From: Marinicella sp.
GTDB taxonomy: Bacteria > Pseudomonadota > Gammaproteobacteria > Xanthomonadales > Marinicellaceae
DNA length: 64,000 nt
Reading direction: 5' to 3'
NCBI GenBank assembly: GCA_965230295.1
Contig: OZ246001.1
Location: 2,944,001 to 3,008,000 of the forward strand
The notes under the pieces are model-generated. The model saw only the letters and a list, made by a program, of their open reading frames with translations, did not search any database and was not told where the DNA came from. Every line of letters begins with the position of its first letter. The first letter of the stretch is position 1. Of the stretch, positions 49,388-60,092 are shown in pieces. The position numbers and the translations under genes were made by a program.

Positions 49388-49750
49388 TTATGACAGGTGA
49401 TTGTTAAGTACGTCTTTCAATGCTTTTTCAGTCACCGGCTTAACCAAGTATTCCTTGGCGCCTTGTCTCAGTCCCCACACGCGATCAGTTTCTAACTTTT
49501 TGGTGGTGACAATAATGATGGGAATGTGAGCTGTTCTTTCATCTTTGCTGATTTTTCTGGTGGCTTGGAAACCATTCAGATCTGGCATCACCACATCCAT
49601 TAAAATCAAGTCAGGCAGTTGCTCTCTTGCAATTTGTATCCCCTCTTTACCATCTTCTGTCAAAATGGTTTCATGACCCAGCTTCTCTACTATTTTTTGC
49701 ATGCCGTAGAGTTGCGAAGGTGAATCATCAATGATTAATATTCTTGCCAT
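49388..49750 (-). CDS. pilH: Twitching motility response regulator PilH
   Basis: MARILIIDDSPS, MDVVMP.LNGFQATR, TTK..ETDRVWGLRQGA. Confidence 0.9.
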   Translation of the reverse strand: MARILIIDDSPSQLYGMQKIVEKLGHETILTEDGKEGIQIAREQLPDLILMDVVMPDLNGFQATRKISKDERTAHIPIIIVTTKKLETDRVWGLRQGAKEYLVKPVTEKALKDVLNNHLS

Positions 49751-49969
49751 AAATTTTTCTTAGTTTTGACCTACGATTATCATAATGAATATTCTTGCTA
49801 AATGCAAAAAAATGTGAGCAATGAATGTACAGATTCATGTGATAAGAGTGTTTTGTTCACATAATTTGTAGTTACACCAAAAATTGTCACCGATTTTCCT
49901 GAGGCAATTTATACATCCATTCACAATGATGGTTTGGAGGCAGGATGAAAACTGTTTTTTATGCCTGGA

Positions 49970-50929
49970 TTACTGGCTTAATCCAATTTCCTTGAGCCGT
50001 TGATTCAAGAAATCCCTGGCTGTGATGTCAGGGTATTTGGCACCCGTTCCTTCGCATGAAGGGATGCAGCTAAGAACGGCATCCGGATGCGGGTGGCAGA
50101 AAAATGGCATCGAGTACCGGTCAGATACATCGTCTGTTGGGTTCACAACGCGGTGGGTGGTGGCAGGAATCACTTCATTGGCAATGCGAGATAACATGTC
50201 ACCTGAGTCCACCACAATTTGGCCAGGTGTACTTTCCACAGCCAGCCATTGGCCATCACGATCCAATAATTCTAAACCGCTGTCTGTGGCACCCACCAAA
50301 AGTGTGATCAGATTGATGTCTTCATGGGCGGCTGCACGTACGGAACCGGGTAATTCAAATTCAGTCATTGGCGGGTAGTGAATGGCCCTCAAAATGGAGT
50401 TGCCATCATGGGTCATTTTCTCAAAGTAATCTTTTGGGACGTCCAAGGCTGTTGCCAAGGACCTGAACATGGTCAGAGCGGTCCGATCTAGCTGTTCATA
50501 CAAAGCATATGTCTTGGACTGAAAATCAGCAATTTCTTCAGGCCACAAATTCTTGGGGTACTCTTTGGCCAAATGGTGGTCTGCCGAGATCTCTCTGCCC
50601 ACATGCCAAAATTCTTTCAAATCAGGGTTGGTGCTGTTTTTCGCATGTTCTTGCAGCCGTGGCACATAACCCCGTTTACCACCATCGTGGATGTTGTATT
50701 GTTGTTTGGTATCCAGAGGCAGTTTGAAAAATGATTTGAACACCTGATAACAATCGTCAACCAGGGAAAAGTCAAATTCATAAGGGTTTAATATGATGAA
50801 ACCATATTCAACCAAGCCGCCATAAAATTCATCGACAAATCGTTGTTTTTCTAATTCGGTTCCCGCCACATAATCTTGCAAATTGAGTTCTGGTACTTGC
50901 CTTTTGTCCTGGTTGTTGTTGGTGTTCAT
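49970..50929 (-). CDS. Isopenicillin N synthase-like 2OG-Fe(II) dioxygenase
   Basis: DLKEFWH, LRAIHYP, HEDINLITLL, HRV and RYS motifs. Confidence 0.9.
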   Translation of the reverse strand: MNTNNNQDKRQVPELNLQDYVAGTELEKQRFVDEFYGGLVEYGFIILNPYEFDFSLVDDCYQVFKSFFKLPLDTKQQYNIHDGGKRGYVPRLQEHAKNSTNPDLKEFWHVGREISADHHLAKEYPKNLWPEEIADFQSKTYALYEQLDRTALTMFRSLATALDVPKDYFEKMTHDGNSILRAIHYPPMTEFELPGSVRAAAHEDINLITLLVGATDSGLELLDRDGQWLAVESTPGQIVVDSGDMLSRIANEVIPATTHRVVNPTDDVSDRYSMPFFCHPHPDAVLSCIPSCEGTGAKYPDITARDFLNQRLKEIGLSQ

Positions 50930-50943
50930 GGTTGTTAATCAGT

Positions 50944-52065
50944 TTAATTATTTAATGTTAGTTGAATGCTTTGTTGGTTGTTATCGGCCACCACTGAGGC
51001 GCTCTTGATGTCATTTTCAGCAGGGGTGGCGTTGCCTGTTAGGCTTAATTTGGCGGAAAACTTGACTTCGGAGAAGTCACTGAGTTTGCGGTTCGGGTTC
51101 AGGCTGTTTTGATCGCTGATGGTCACCGACATGGGCCATGAGAAAGGTGCTTGGATAGGAACCGCAGCAATCGGCATGGGTGGGCCATCGACTTCTTCAG
51201 CAAACACAAACAAACGGGCACTGACACCCAAATCAAGCTCTTTAACAGCCTCACTGGCATCGATCACAACAAAATACGCTGTACTCGCATCAACTTGACT
51301 GTCAGCCTCGGCTAAGGGTGGTTTATTGAGTCCTGCTCGGGCTTGGTTGATTTGTTTGTTGATGGTTGCACGGATGTTTGGGTTGTCAACCTGGATCAGT
51401 AACTCAGACCAAATATCTTCTGCTGCTTGGAACTGCTGTTTCTCATAATAAACAATGCCTTGAAGCCACATCCCTTTTTGGTTTTTGGGATCGATCTCTA
51501 ATGCTAGGACTAAATATTGTTCTGGTTCTCCCAAAAAACTACCGGTGTTGTTTTTGAATGCAATGGCTTCGGCCAGATCCGCCAGGATGTTGGCATTGGC
51601 TGGATCAAGGCTGCTGGCTTTGCGGTAGGCACCCACAGCGTATTCATATTGTTGTGTTGACATCATGGCCCTGGCATACAACAGTTGACCTTGCAGGTCA
51701 TCAGGATTGGTAGTCAACTTCTGTTCTAATTGACGGATGGCTGTGGCCAAATCGGGTACTTGTGCATCAGCTTCAGCCACTGAGACCCGTTGTTCGATGG
51801 GGATTTCATGGAACCAGACATAGTCAATCACAAAGGCTGTTGGTACAATCAATATGGCGACCCATAGGGTGGTGGTGAAATTGGGTTTGTGTTGGGTTAA
51901 TTGGCCCAAGACATCAGCATATTGTTGTTGTTCCTCTCCACTGCTGGAAGCAATTTTTTGCGTGAGCCATTGTTTTTCAGTCGCTTTGCCTTGACGTCGA
52001 TACCACAGGTAAAAAAGCAAAAGACTGAATATGGAAATGCCCGCATAAATCAGAAATTCATTCAT
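50944..52065 (-). CDS. ccmI: Cytochrome c biogenesis TPR protein CcmI/CycH
   Basis: TM segments, TPRs and C-terminal LFVFA..GPPMPIAA domain; start 52065 overlaps the ccmH stop. Confidence 0.85.
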   Translation of the reverse strand: MNEFLIYAGISIFSLLLFYLWYRRQGKATEKQWLTQKIASSSGEEQQQYADVLGQLTQHKPNFTTTLWVAILIVPTAFVIDYVWFHEIPIEQRVSVAEADAQVPDLATAIRQLEQKLTTNPDDLQGQLLYARAMMSTQQYEYAVGAYRKASSLDPANANILADLAEAIAFKNNTGSFLGEPEQYLVLALEIDPKNQKGMWLQGIVYYEKQQFQAAEDIWSELLIQVDNPNIRATINKQINQARAGLNKPPLAEADSQVDASTAYFVVIDASEAVKELDLGVSARLFVFAEEVDGPPMPIAAVPIQAPFSWPMSVTISDQNSLNPNRKLSDFSEVKFSAKLSLTGNATPAENDIKSASVVADNNQQSIQLTLNN

Positions 52066-52445
52066 GATTCTTTTTTCCTGATGTTGACATACAAAATAAC
52101 CCCACCCAATAAAAACACCACCAGAGGGGAAAACCACAAGAATATAGTGCTGGCGTTCAATGGAGGATCGTAATCAACAAAATCACCATAGCGCTCAATC
52201 ATATACTGTTTGATGGTTTCAGCGTCTTGTCCGGCTTTAACAAATTCGGCCACCTGGTCTTTTAAGTCAGTGGCCAAGCCGGCATCAGAATCAGCCAGGT
52301 TCTGATTTTGGCAGACCAAACAACGCAGCTCTTTGGTCAGTTGTTGAAACAAAGCTTCTTGTTCTGGGTTGTCAAATTCATAGACTTCGATCGCTGTTGC
52401 CAGTGATGTCATTAAAACCAAAGTCAGTCCAAGCAAATTTTTCAT
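52062..52445 (-). CDS. ccmH: Cytochrome c biogenesis protein CcmH
   Basis: LRCLVCQNQNLADS and ERYGDFV.Y.PP. Confidence 0.95.
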   Translation of the reverse strand: MKNLLGLTLVLMTSLATAIEVYEFDNPEQEALFQQLTKELRCLVCQNQNLADSDAGLATDLKDQVAEFVKAGQDAETIKQYMIERYGDFVDYDPPLNASTIFLWFSPLVVFLLGGVILYVNIRKKES

Positions 52446-52972
52446 AAGCGCATCTTATCAATCATGGGTAACAATTCCAGACGAATGTTATCTTCTGTCA
52501 AAACACCCGTAATTTTGTGTACGATGATACCATTGGCATCAATCAAAAAACTTTCAGGTGCACCATAAACACCTAAATTAATGGCAGTGTCTCCTTCGTA
52601 ATCCACCAAAATTTCATGGTATGGGTTGCCCCAGCGTTTGAGCCAGGCATCGGCATTTTGGGGTTCATCCTTCCAATTCAATCCCACCACTTTGATCTTG
52701 CCAGATTGGGCCAGGGCATTGACCAGTGGATGTTCGACTTGACAACTGGGGCACCAACTGCCAAATACATTGAGTAACCAAGGCTGCCCCTTAAAATCTT
52801 CTTGATTGAGGGTTCGGTTACTGTACAAGGTTTGATGTTCAAAAGCAGGAACCGGCTTCCCAATCAATGGTGAAGGCAGTATTTCGGTATGGGTTTGCAT
52901 GTTGATAGACAGCAAGACAATCAAGCCAATAAAGACAGACAGGGGTAACAGTGCAATCAGTACTTTTTTCAT
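52442..52972 (-). CDS. ccmG: Thiol:disulfide interchange protein CcmG/DsbE
   Basis: LPSPLIGKP, SWCPSC..EH, GVYGAPESF. Confidence 0.95.
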   Translation of the reverse strand: MKKVLIALLPLSVFIGLIVLLSINMQTHTEILPSPLIGKPVPAFEHQTLYSNRTLNQEDFKGQPWLLNVFGSWCPSCQVEHPLVNALAQSGKIKVVGLNWKDEPQNADAWLKRWGNPYHEILVDYEGDTAINLGVYGAPESFLIDANGIIVHKITGVLTEDNIRLELLPMIDKMRL

Positions 52973-54912
52973 GACAGTTTCAATCGTTTTTGCATGACCT
53001 GGTCGACTTGTTTTTGTTCCAAGCGCTGACTGCGTTTACTGAACAAAGCAATGACTGCGCCAGCCATCATCATCAAGCCACCAAACCACATCCAGCGGAT
53101 AAAGGGTTTGATGTAAATCCTCACAGCCCAGTCGCCTTGTTCATTGATTTGCTCACCCAAAGAAACATAAATGTCTTTGGTGAAGCCTGGGTATATATCG
53201 GCTTCGGTCATGGGCATTTGTTGTTTGGGGTAAAAGCGTTTTTGTGGGTTCAATTCAACAATTTGCTTGCCTTTGTGACTGACCACGATGGCTCCTTGTT
53301 GGGCTTGGTAATTTTCAATGGCCACTTGTTTAACGCCGTTAAAGGTAAAATCATAACCTGCCACCTGAGTGGTTTGTCCTGGTTTAAGTAAAATGTCTTT
53401 TTCCACATCTTTGTGTTCGGTCATGGACATGCCAAATAAAAACACTGCAACCCCAAGGTGAGCGACACTCATACCGACAAATCCGGCATGGGGTCTTCCA
53501 GGATAATTGATGATTTGCATGACTGAAGTGGAAGCGATCCAAAAGCCACCGAACACACCGGCAGTCGCTCTTAAATTCAGGCCGTCAAACAACAAGTAAG
53601 CACCAATGGTCAGGGCAACAGCCACAAAAAAGTGTGGCATGAGTGCCTTGATGGCTTGACCCATTTGGTCTTTGTGCCACTTGAGTTGGGCCCCGAGTGG
53701 TAACAAAACTGCCATGGGTATCATCAACAAGAAGAACATCAAGCCAAAGTAGGGCGAGCCCACCGATATTTTTTTACCCATTGCCTCAAATATCATTGGG
53801 AACAGGGTACCTAACAAGATGGTGAAAGTGGATGTGATGAAAATCAGAGAATTGGCCAACAGCAGGGTTTCACGGGATTCGAGGTTGATCGCATCTCTTG
53901 AGCGCAATTGATTCACCCTCAAGGCATACAAGGTCAAAGCGCCACCGGCATAGATGCCCAACAACACTAAGATAAAGATGCCACGAAAAGGGTCGGCAGC
54001 AAAAGAATGCACCGAGGTAATGCTGCCAGAACGCACCAGGAATGTACCCAATACACACAAACTGAAGGCAATGATGGCCAGCAAAACGGTCCAACCCCTG
54101 AAAGCATTTTTGCGTTCACTCACGGCTTGCACATGAATCAATGCGATTCCTGCCAACCAGGGCAAGAAAGACGCATTTTCAACTGGATCCCAGAACCACC
54201 AGCCACCCCAGCCTAATTCATAGTAAGCCCACCAGCTGCCCAAAATGATGCCAACGGTCAGAAAGGCCCAGGCCAGATTGGTCCAGCGGCGTGACCAGCG
54301 AATCCATTTTTCATCAATTTGTCCACCGATCAAAGCCGCTACAGCCAATGCAAATGCCACAGACAAGCCAACGTAGCCAAAATACAACAAGGGCGGGTGG
54401 ATGATCATGCCGAAATCTTGTAACAGCGGATTCAAGTCACGGCCATCCAGTGGTGCAGGGTTGGTGATCTCAAATGGGTTTGAGGCAAACAAGACAAATG
54501 CCAAAAAGCCGGTTGCAATGACTCCCAGAACTGACAGCACACGGGATATTTGACTCAAGCTGAGTGATTGGCTGTATCTGGCTACGGCTGCAATCCATAA
54601 GGCTTGTACAGCCACCCACATCAACACAGAACCCTCGTGAGCTCCCCATGTGGCAGTGATGCGGTACCTTAAAGGCAAGGCCAGGCTGGAGTTTTGCCAG
54701 ACATAAGTGACCGAAAAATCTTGCATCACAAATAAGCTGACCAAGATTAAAAATGTGGTCAGTACCAATAAGAACAACAAATAGGATAAGGGCCGTCCAC
54801 TTTGCATCAGCGCTTGGTGATTTCTGAAGTAACCGATCATGGGCAGCAGCATCAATGCCACAGCGGTGGTGAGTGATAAAATCAATAAAAATTGACCAAC
54901 AGATGCAAGCAT
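52969..54912 (-). CDS. ccmF: Heme lyase CcmF
   Basis: WGAHEGS, HPPLLY.GYVG, WAYYELGWGGWWFWDPVENAS, SVHSFA. Confidence 0.97.
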   Translation of the reverse strand: MLASVGQFLLILSLTTAVALMLLPMIGYFRNHQALMQSGRPLSYLLFLLVLTTFLILVSLFVMQDFSVTYVWQNSSLALPLRYRITATWGAHEGSVLMWVAVQALWIAAVARYSQSLSLSQISRVLSVLGVIATGFLAFVLFASNPFEITNPAPLDGRDLNPLLQDFGMIIHPPLLYFGYVGLSVAFALAVAALIGGQIDEKWIRWSRRWTNLAWAFLTVGIILGSWWAYYELGWGGWWFWDPVENASFLPWLAGIALIHVQAVSERKNAFRGWTVLLAIIAFSLCVLGTFLVRSGSITSVHSFAADPFRGIFILVLLGIYAGGALTLYALRVNQLRSRDAINLESRETLLLANSLIFITSTFTILLGTLFPMIFEAMGKKISVGSPYFGLMFFLLMIPMAVLLPLGAQLKWHKDQMGQAIKALMPHFFVAVALTIGAYLLFDGLNLRATAGVFGGFWIASTSVMQIINYPGRPHAGFVGMSVAHLGVAVFLFGMSMTEHKDVEKDILLKPGQTTQVAGYDFTFNGVKQVAIENYQAQQGAIVVSHKGKQIVELNPQKRFYPKQQMPMTEADIYPGFTKDIYVSLGEQINEQGDWAVRIYIKPFIRWMWFGGLMMMAGAVIALFSKRSQRLEQKQVDQVMQKRLKLS

Positions 54913-54914
54913 GG

Positions 54915-55361
54915 TTATTCAGACTCCGGAGATTCAGGTTTGGCGGCTTCTAAGGCATCAGCCACTTCAGGTGGCATGTAGTTTTCATCGTGTTTGGCGA
55001 GCACTTCCTCGGCGACAAACAAATCACCTTCGGTCATCTTGCCTATGGTCACCACACCTTGGCCTTCACGAAATAAATCTGGCAGAATGCCTTCATATTC
55101 AACCCGGACATCTTTGGCAAAATCTGTCACAGTGAATTGAATTTTCAGGCTGTCAGGAACCCGATCCATGCTGCCGTCTTTAACCATGCCGCCCAAACGG
55201 AAACTGCGATTAACTGGATAGTCTTTGGCTGCCACTTCTGTTGGACTTTTGAAGAACATGATGTTTTCTTTGAAAGCCGTGAGAAATATGGCTGTTGCCA
55301 CAGCCACACCCAAGGCCACCATGGATATCAATATCAATCTTTTTTTGCGGGTGGGGGTCAT
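54915..55361 (-). CDS. ccmE: Heme chaperone CcmE
   Basis: YEGILPDLFREGQG and VLAKHDENYMPPE. Confidence 0.97.
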   Translation of the reverse strand: MTPTRKKRLILISMVALGVAVATAIFLTAFKENIMFFKSPTEVAAKDYPVNRSFRLGGMVKDGSMDRVPDSLKIQFTVTDFAKDVRVEYEGILPDLFREGQGVVTIGKMTEGDLFVAEEVLAKHDENYMPPEVADALEAAKPESPESE

Positions 55362-55561
55362 GTGAGATTACTCCGGTTATGTGCGGTTTGATTCTGTGCT
55401 TGGCGATTTTGTGCCTTTTTGGCTTTGGCCTGAATCAAACGCTTGAGTTGTTTTTGTTTGCTGTTGATGCTGATGAAGTCAATCAAGATGGCCAGAATGA
55501 ACACACCGATTGAGCCCCACACGTAGAAATCATATTTTCCCATGTCAAACAATTCCATCAT
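55358..55561 (-). CDS. ccmD: Heme exporter protein CcmD
   Basis: FDMGKYDFYVWGS plus TM and basic tail; between ccmC and ccmE. Confidence 0.88.
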   Translation of the reverse strand: MMELFDMGKYDFYVWGSIGVFILAILIDFISINSKQKQLKRLIQAKAKKAQNRQAQNQTAHNRSNLT

Positions 55562-56334
55562 GCGACACCTCCCTTGCTGTGCTCTTTATGGATGGCTTGT
55601 TGCACCCATTTTTTGTTCTGTTCTGTTTTCAGTAAATAACTTTGAGCACGGCTTAACATGGAATAAATGAAATAGAATTTAGTGGCCAGGGCCATCACCA
55701 ACAAAGGCCTGAGCATGTCCCAATCCTTGATGCCATTAGAACCACCCATCAAAGAAACCGATGAACCTTGATGGATACTGGTCCACCAATAGACTGAATA
55801 CCTGATGATGGGCAGGTTAACCAGGCCAATGATGGCCACCAAAGCGGCCAGACGAGCCGCCTTACGCGGGTCCTCATCATAGGCGGTGTAGATACCCAAC
55901 ACCCCAATGTATAAGAACAACAAGATCAATTCTGAGGTCATGCGGGCATCCCAATCCCAATAAGTTCCCCACATGGGTTTACCCCACAACATACCAGTCA
56001 GTAACGTAACGGCAGTGAACAAAGCGCCGATAGGGACACTGGCCATCATCACAGCCTCAGCCACTTTCATGCGCCAGACAAAAGTCATGATGCCGGCAAT
56101 ACCGACAATGGCATAGATGAACATACTCATCCAAGCAGCAGGCACATGAACAAAAATGATGCGGTATGAATCTCCCTGTTGGTAATCCTCGGGGGCAAAG
56201 AACAAACCATCGACCAAGCCATAAATGGTTAATATGATGGCCAACCACAACATCGGCTTAAGCCAATGAGAGGTGATTCTATAGAAGCTGGGTGGTGATC
56301 CGCATTCATGGTAAAACTTGACGATTCGATTCAT
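55558..56334 (-). CDS. ccmC: Heme exporter protein CcmC
   Basis: DYQQGDSYRIIFVHVP and WGKPMWGTYWDWDARMTS. Confidence 0.97.
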   Translation of the reverse strand: MNRIVKFYHECGSPPSFYRITSHWLKPMLWLAIILTIYGLVDGLFFAPEDYQQGDSYRIIFVHVPAAWMSMFIYAIVGIAGIMTFVWRMKVAEAVMMASVPIGALFTAVTLLTGMLWGKPMWGTYWDWDARMTSELILLFLYIGVLGIYTAYDEDPRKAARLAALVAIIGLVNLPIIRYSVYWWTSIHQGSSVSLMGGSNGIKDWDMLRPLLVMALATKFYFIYSMLSRAQSYLLKTEQNKKWVQQAIHKEHSKGGVA

Positions 56335-56343
56335 ATCAATACG

Positions 56344-57006
56344 TTATTCTAAATTAATTTTTACGGCTGCTGCAGCTGCCAAGGGTGCCAAAGTCAGGCT
56401 CAGTACCATGCAACCCAGTAACAACATCATATGGCCAAAGGCTGAATTACCCAATGTGGTTTCAAGCACAGCGCCGGCACCAAAAATCAACACTGGAGCC
56501 AACAATGGCATCACCAAGACACTCAGAAGCATGCCACCATTTTTGATGTTCATGATCAGTGCCGATCCCACTGTACCCAGTAGGCTGAATATGGGGGTTG
56601 CCAACAACAAAGACAACATCAAAATGCCATTAGAATGGCCCGGCAAGTGCATCAAGACACCAATGACCGGGGCAAACAAGATCACCGGGATGCCGGTGGT
56701 GAACCAATGTGCAGATGCTTTGCTCAAACAAGCCAGTGGTAAACTCATGCCAGACAGCACATAAACATCCAAACTGCCATCCTCGTAATCATCTTTAAAG
56801 ATGTTTTCTAAGGTGATCAAAGTGCTCAGTAAGGCCAATATCCAAACCACAGCCGGAGCGATCTTTGCTAAAGTTTGGGCTCCGGCACCTAATCCCAGAG
56901 GGAACATGGTCACAATCAGCAACTGAAAAACCAGTGGTTGGTAGATGTTGGATTTCTTGCGCCAAGAAACCATGACATCGCGTTTGAACAGTGACCAGAA
57001 TCTCAT
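56344..57006 (-). CDS. ccmB: Heme exporter protein CcmB
   Basis: MFPLGLG, F.DDYEDGSLD, PL..PVLIFG. Confidence 0.95.
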   Translation of the reverse strand: MRFWSLFKRDVMVSWRKKSNIYQPLVFQLLIVTMFPLGLGAGAQTLAKIAPAVVWILALLSTLITLENIFKDDYEDGSLDVYVLSGMSLPLACLSKASAHWFTTGIPVILFAPVIGVLMHLPGHSNGILMLSLLLATPIFSLLGTVGSALIMNIKNGGMLLSVLVMPLLAPVLIFGAGAVLETTLGNSAFGHMMLLLGCMVLSLTLAPLAAAAAVKINLE

Positions 57007-57019
57007 GCCAGCTCCAGGC

Positions 57020-57643
57020 TCATGTCATTTCCAGAGTGATGTGGTGGTCGGCCAGGTCATGTATTTTTTTCTGGTCATGGGCACTCAGTATCACTGCGCC
57101 ACATTGTTGGATGTGATCTTCGATGAGTCGATACAACCAATCACAACCTGCATGGTCTAAATTAACAAAGGGTTCGTCCAACAACCAAAATGTTTTATTC
57201 AGTAACAACAAACGACTCAAAGCCAAGCGTTTTTTTTGTCCTGCCGACAAGTCACTGGCATGTTGGAATTCATAGCCAGCCAATCCGGCTCGGTTCAACA
57301 CATGTTCAATTTGCTCATGGGTGGTGGTGATTTGATTGACATGGGCCACAAATTGTAGGTTTTCTGCACAGGTTAAATTGCCTTTGTTGCCTAACTTGTG
57401 TCCCAGGTAATGGCTTTGATTCAGCCATGGCTCCAAGGCTGTGCTTTGTTCAAAAAGACGCTCACCTTGGGCCAACATACTCAAACCAGCTAAGGCTTCT
57501 AACAAGGTGGTTTTTCCTGAACCATTGGGACCAGCAATGACCGCCATTTCTCCAGGTTGCAGGGAAAATGTAACAGGGGTAAATAATAACTCGCCAGCTC
57601 TTTGGCATTGGGCCTGATCAATTTGTAACAAAGCAGTGGTCAA
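57020..57643 (-). CDS. ccmA: Heme ABC exporter ATP-binding protein CcmA
   Basis: GPNGSGKTT, LSAGQKKR, WLLDEPF. Confidence 0.95.
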   Translation of the reverse strand: MTTALLQIDQAQCQRAGELLFTPVTFSLQPGEMAVIAGPNGSGKTTLLEALAGLSMLAQGERLFEQSTALEPWLNQSHYLGHKLGNKGNLTCAENLQFVAHVNQITTTHEQIEHVLNRAGLAGYEFQHASDLSAGQKKRLALSRLLLLNKTFWLLDEPFVNLDHAGCDWLYRLIEDHIQQCGAVILSAHDQKKIHDLADHHITLEMT

Positions 57644-57976
57644 AGGTATGAAAGCTGGGCAGTTTTTGGAGCTGTAATTTTAGTTTCACAGGTGTGAAAA
57701 GTAAAGCAAACTCAAGCTTTGGAGCTGATTTAATGGCCTTGTTTTGATTTGCATCAAGCTTCATTGATGCTGTTGAGCCGTCAGAGTAGCCGCATGTATT
57801 TCTTGAACTTCATGTACTGAAAAATACAAAAAAGCCAAATGGTTTACCATTCATCAAGATTATCCACCCGTTTGTCAGAATGTGCGAATAAAGTTGGTTT
57901 TTCGCTCAACATTCAGATCTTTATGAATTATATTGTTGCCCCATAATAATAATGAAAAATAAACTCAGAGGGTAAC

Positions 57977-58192
57977 ATGAAAAATACAGTGCTAACACCG
58001 GTGGCTGAACAACCGAGCATCCAACAACAGAAGCAACAAATCAGAGCAGAAATCAAATCGCTGCAACGTGATTTGATCAAGGCATCATTCAAACAGTCCA
58101 GCGAACCTGGTGCCTATGCAGAACTGTTACAAGCCATCAATGACCAAAGAGAAAAGCTGAAAACATTGAATCAACAAGGTTTGATCAACTGA
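57977..58192 (+). CDS. Small coiled-coil hypothetical protein
   Basis: 71 aa, GAGGG RBS, helical Q/K/E-rich sequence. Confidence 0.55.
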   Translation: MKNTVLTPVAEQPSIQQQKQQIRAEIKSLQRDLIKASFKQSSEPGAYAELLQAINDQREKLKTLNQQGLIN

Positions 58193-58413
58193 TTTCCGTT
58201 CTGGAAAATTTCCAGTGTCATTGAATGGTATCCAGTCCTGGCTGATTGATCAGCCAATGGCGTCATTTGCCTCTGAAAAAAACCAGACGCCATTTTAAGA
58301 AATTACCATTATTTTCTCCTTTGCTATGAAGTTTTTATTGTTTATGATGAGTTGTTGAAGGCCATCCGAAGTTTTTCAGGTGGTGTAGATTGATCAAAAT
58401 AATGGAAATTTGA

Positions 58414-58986
58414 ATGAGTGCATTGAGTTTTAGATATTGTGTAGTTGTCAGTTTACTTTTTTTTCCTTTGATCGCCCTGGCTCAAGTTGACAGTCGAGAA
58501 ATTGCCCGTTATGCCGCAGTTGTTCCTGTCATCGTGATTGTGATTTGGTTGATAAAAAGTATCTTTTTTAAGGGCAAAACAATGGGTATGGGTGTTCCAG
58601 TTGCAGTGATTGTCTTGTTTGGAGCCGGTGTGGGTGCTGCTGTTTTTTACAGTAAAAAGGACCCCATGCATGCCAAAATGAAATCGGTGGTGGCTGAAAT
58701 CAATGCCATGTCACCCTCTTTGGTTGACGAAGAAACCCGCTTAGATGGTGGTATGTACAAAGCACCGGTGTTGACCATCAGATACACCTTGGTCAACATA
58801 GAGCCCAATGAAGTCACGGCACAAGACTTGGTCGATCAATTGTATTTGGTGGTCAAAGAACAAACCTGCAGCAAGAATGACCTGGTTTATGCCTTGGACA
58901 ATGGCATTGAAATCAATTATTCATACGCCGATAAACATGGTAACCACATCACAGTGATTGATTTCAATAAATTGTCTTGTGGTTGA
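58414..58986 (+). CDS. Hypothetical membrane protein
   Basis: Three hydrophobic segments then P..VDEETRLD...Y.Y soluble domain with two Cys. Confidence 0.6.
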   Translation: MSALSFRYCVVVSLLFFPLIALAQVDSREIARYAAVVPVIVIVIWLIKSIFFKGKTMGMGVPVAVIVLFGAGVGAAVFYSKKDPMHAKMKSVVAEINAMSPSLVDEETRLDGGMYKAPVLTIRYTLVNIEPNEVTAQDLVDQLYLVVKEQTCSKNDLVYALDNGIEINYSYADKHGNHITVIDFNKLSCG

Positions 58987-59033
58987 GTGTATCAAGTGAA
59001 ATTTCAGTTTTGGTTTTTTTCTAAGGCGATCTA

Positions 59034-59726
59034 ATGAGTAGCTATCGAAATGTGGTCGTTCTAACAGGTGCGGGTATTTCAGCAGAATCAGGCTTGTCCA
59101 CCTTCAGAGACAACAATGGATTGTGGGATAACCACCGGGTCGAAGATGTGGCCACTCCTGAGGCTTTTGATCGAGATCCAGCCTTGGTGCATCGGTTTTA
59201 CAATGCTCGTCGAGCAGCACTGAACACAGTGCTGCCCAATGCCGCCCATCATGCTTTAGCAATTGCGGAACAACAGTTTGAGTCATTCTTGTTGGTGACC
59301 CAGAATGTGGATGACCTGCATGAAAGAGGGGGCAGTAAAAACTTGCTGCACATGCATGGGGAACTGTTGAAAATTCGCTGTGTACAGTGTCATCAAATTT
59401 CTAGTCATGACCAAGACCTCACAACTGCTTCTGTTTGTCAACATTGTAATCGCTCTGGTACAGTCAGGCCGCACATTGTGTGGTTTGGAGAAATGCCTTT
59501 GTATATGGATGACATCATGCGGGCCTTGATGCAATGTGATTTGTTTGTGTCCATTGGCACGTCTGGTACGGTCTACCCAGCAGCAGGTTTTGTTGAAATT
59601 GCCAACCAGTCCGGGGCTCACACAGTTGAACTGAATTTAGAGCCCAGTGATCAACATTCACAATTCAAAGAATCGAGGCAAGGCCCCGCCGGTGAATTGG
59701 TGCCACAGTTCTTCAGTCAAACATAA
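59034..59726 (+). CDS. cobB: NAD-dependent protein deacylase (class III sirtuin)
   Basis: [51 protein letters not shown]. Confidence 0.93.
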   Translation: MSSYRNVVVLTGAGISAESGLSTFRDNNGLWDNHRVEDVATPEAFDRDPALVHRFYNARRAALNTVLPNAAHHALAIAEQQFESFLLVTQNVDDLHERGGSKNLLHMHGELLKIRCVQCHQISSHDQDLTTASVCQHCNRSGTVRPHIVWFGEMPLYMDDIMRALMQCDLFVSIGTSGTVYPAAGFVEIANQSGAHTVELNLEPSDQHSQFKESRQGPAGELVPQFFSQT

Positions 59727-59778
59727 CTTCACTGCTCAGGTGTTGAGTTGATTTTCATCTTACGAACCTAATGCTTAC

Positions 59779-59809
59779 CGTCATTACCCGGCTTGACCGG
59801 GTAATCCAC
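59779..59809. repeat. Single GTCAT-type REP
   Basis: CGTCATTACCCGGCTTGACCGGGTAATCCAC, same GCTTGACC loop family as 10248 and 10450. Confidence 0.8.
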
Positions 59810-59916
59810 AGTGAAACAGTTTCAAACAAAGTTTGAAAATTCGCAGGGTCATGATATTTGCCCATTACTTTGTTCCTCTTGCAATAAGTAGAAACCTACA
59901 GCTATTTAATAATTCA

Positions 59917-59943
59917 GTGAGAGAACTGAGCACTTCACTACAC
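59917..59943 (+). promoter_or_regulatory. Candidate autoregulatory ECF promoter GTGAGAG-N17-CAC
   Basis: GTGAGAGAACTGAGCACTTCACTACAC, 150 nt upstream of the ECF gene. Confidence 0.4.
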
Positions 59944-60092
59944 CCAAATAACTTAGCCGTGAAATATTTCGAGCAGACAAAAAGTTGAAAATGTTATATT
60001 ATGTTAAAACACGGCTGTAGTTATTTGTAGAAAGGAATTGTTAATTCAATATAATTTTATGGTTAATAATCAAATAAAAATGATCGGGGTGT

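Noticed and set aside
49970-50929. Beta-lactam biosynthetic cluster
   Set aside because: Stand-alone 2OG-Fe(II) oxygenase with no NRPS or tailoring genes nearby.
59034-59726. Sir2-type anti-phage NADase
   Set aside because: Canonical CobB-like deacylase with zinc-binding cysteines and no defence partner gene.
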